A stretch of DNA of 64,000 bases from Camelus ferus (lineage: Eukaryota): assembly GCF_009834535.1 (NCBI RefSeq), contig NC_045711.1:11222001-11286000 (forward strand). Reading direction: 5' to 3'. Shown one piece after another: positions 51,940 through 64,000 of the stretch. Numbering within the stretch: position 1 is the first letter of the stretch; each line of letters starts with the position of its first letter. The position numbers were made by a program, and so were the translations under genes. Below the pieces are notes generated by a model, which worked only from the letters and a program-made list of their open reading frames with translations, ran no database searches and was not told the origin of the DNA.

Positions 51940-52678
51940 AACAAACGGGATATCCAAGGCCACTACATTGAAAAGGAGTGGGGGCAAGGAGAGGACGGGG
52001 CTACTTGCTGCTCACACTATATACAGATGCAAGCAAGGGGGTGTGGAGGGGAAGAGCTCCCTGCTCCCTCCCTCCACCAGGGCAGAGGCTAGAAGAGATA
52101 GGGGTTGGAAAGGGAAATGTTTTGGCTGGCGGGGGGTCCCCCCTCCATTCCCTGGGGTTTGGGGGGAGGGGAATCATTAAAGTGCTTTCAGAAAATGAGG
52201 AAATGGTCCCTGCCCCTGGAGTGGCTGGTGACCTCCCTAAATCCTAGGGCCCAGTGACTCCCCCCAGGGTCTGGTACATTCAAGGGGGGAGCCGGCTCCC
52301 CTGACGTGCAAATAAAGGGACCCAGGGCCCTGCCGAGTCAGCAGCAGTGGGGTACGGGGGTCCAAGCCCCAAGCACTCTCCTCTTAAGTGGAGAAAGGGG
52401 GGTAGGGCTAGGCCCACTCAATTCCTGGTTAGGGGGAGCTGTGCCTCTCCCCAGAAGCTGGGACAGGCACAGTTTTGGGGAGAGAACATGTTGGGGGAGA
52501 GGATGGTCACGTGATCACAAAAGCATCAGGGGTTAGAGGTCACGTTCCCAGCAGGCTCCAGTGAATCAAACCAGTAAAAGCAAAAGCCCAGGGAGGGAAG
52601 AGAAGGGCGGCCCAGGAGGTCTGGCTGTTGGGGGAGAGCTGGTNNNNNNNNNNNNNNNNNNNNNNNNNNNNNNNNNNN

Positions 52679-63915
<11,237 letters not shown>

Positions 63916-64000
63916 TCAGACTCAGCCCGTGTGTGCATGCCCTGCGGGGACGCCCCCTGCCACCTCTGCCGTGCCATGGACATCCCAAAGACCCTGACCT

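Overview
Mammalian genomic DNA, most likely a camelid (inferred from four copies of a tRNA-derived SINE resembling the camelid Vic-1 family). The gene order matches human 17p13.2: SPAG7 (3' end, +), ENO3 (-), PFN1 (+), RNF167 (-), SLC25A11 (+), GP1BA (-), a ~22 kb repeat-rich interval containing a decayed, internally deleted gammaretrovirus-like provirus, CHRNE (+) with C17orf107 nested antisense in intron 8, and the 3' three-quarters of MINK1 (-). I traced exon boundaries by hand. The exon sums give full-length ENO3 (434 aa), RNF167 (350 aa) and CHRNE (491 aa). SLC25A11 (314 aa) and PFN1 are also full length if their N-masked exon parts have ortholog lengths. Seven N-runs of 132-164 nt hide parts of PFN1, SLC25A11 and MINK1. 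There is no CRISPR array, rRNA or genuine tRNA gene. I found no clearly novel biological system. The best leads are: the intact nested C17orf107 ORF with a GC-box array that doubles as a CHRNE splice signal; a candidate unannotated spliced transcript at 36.6-38.7 kb that is phase-compatible with CHRNE exon 2; a proviral LTR 1 kb upstream of CHRNE; two MINK1 cassette exons; ligand-interface substitutions in CHRNE; and a short GP1BA stalk. Family and ortholog assignments come from recalled sequences, not database searches.
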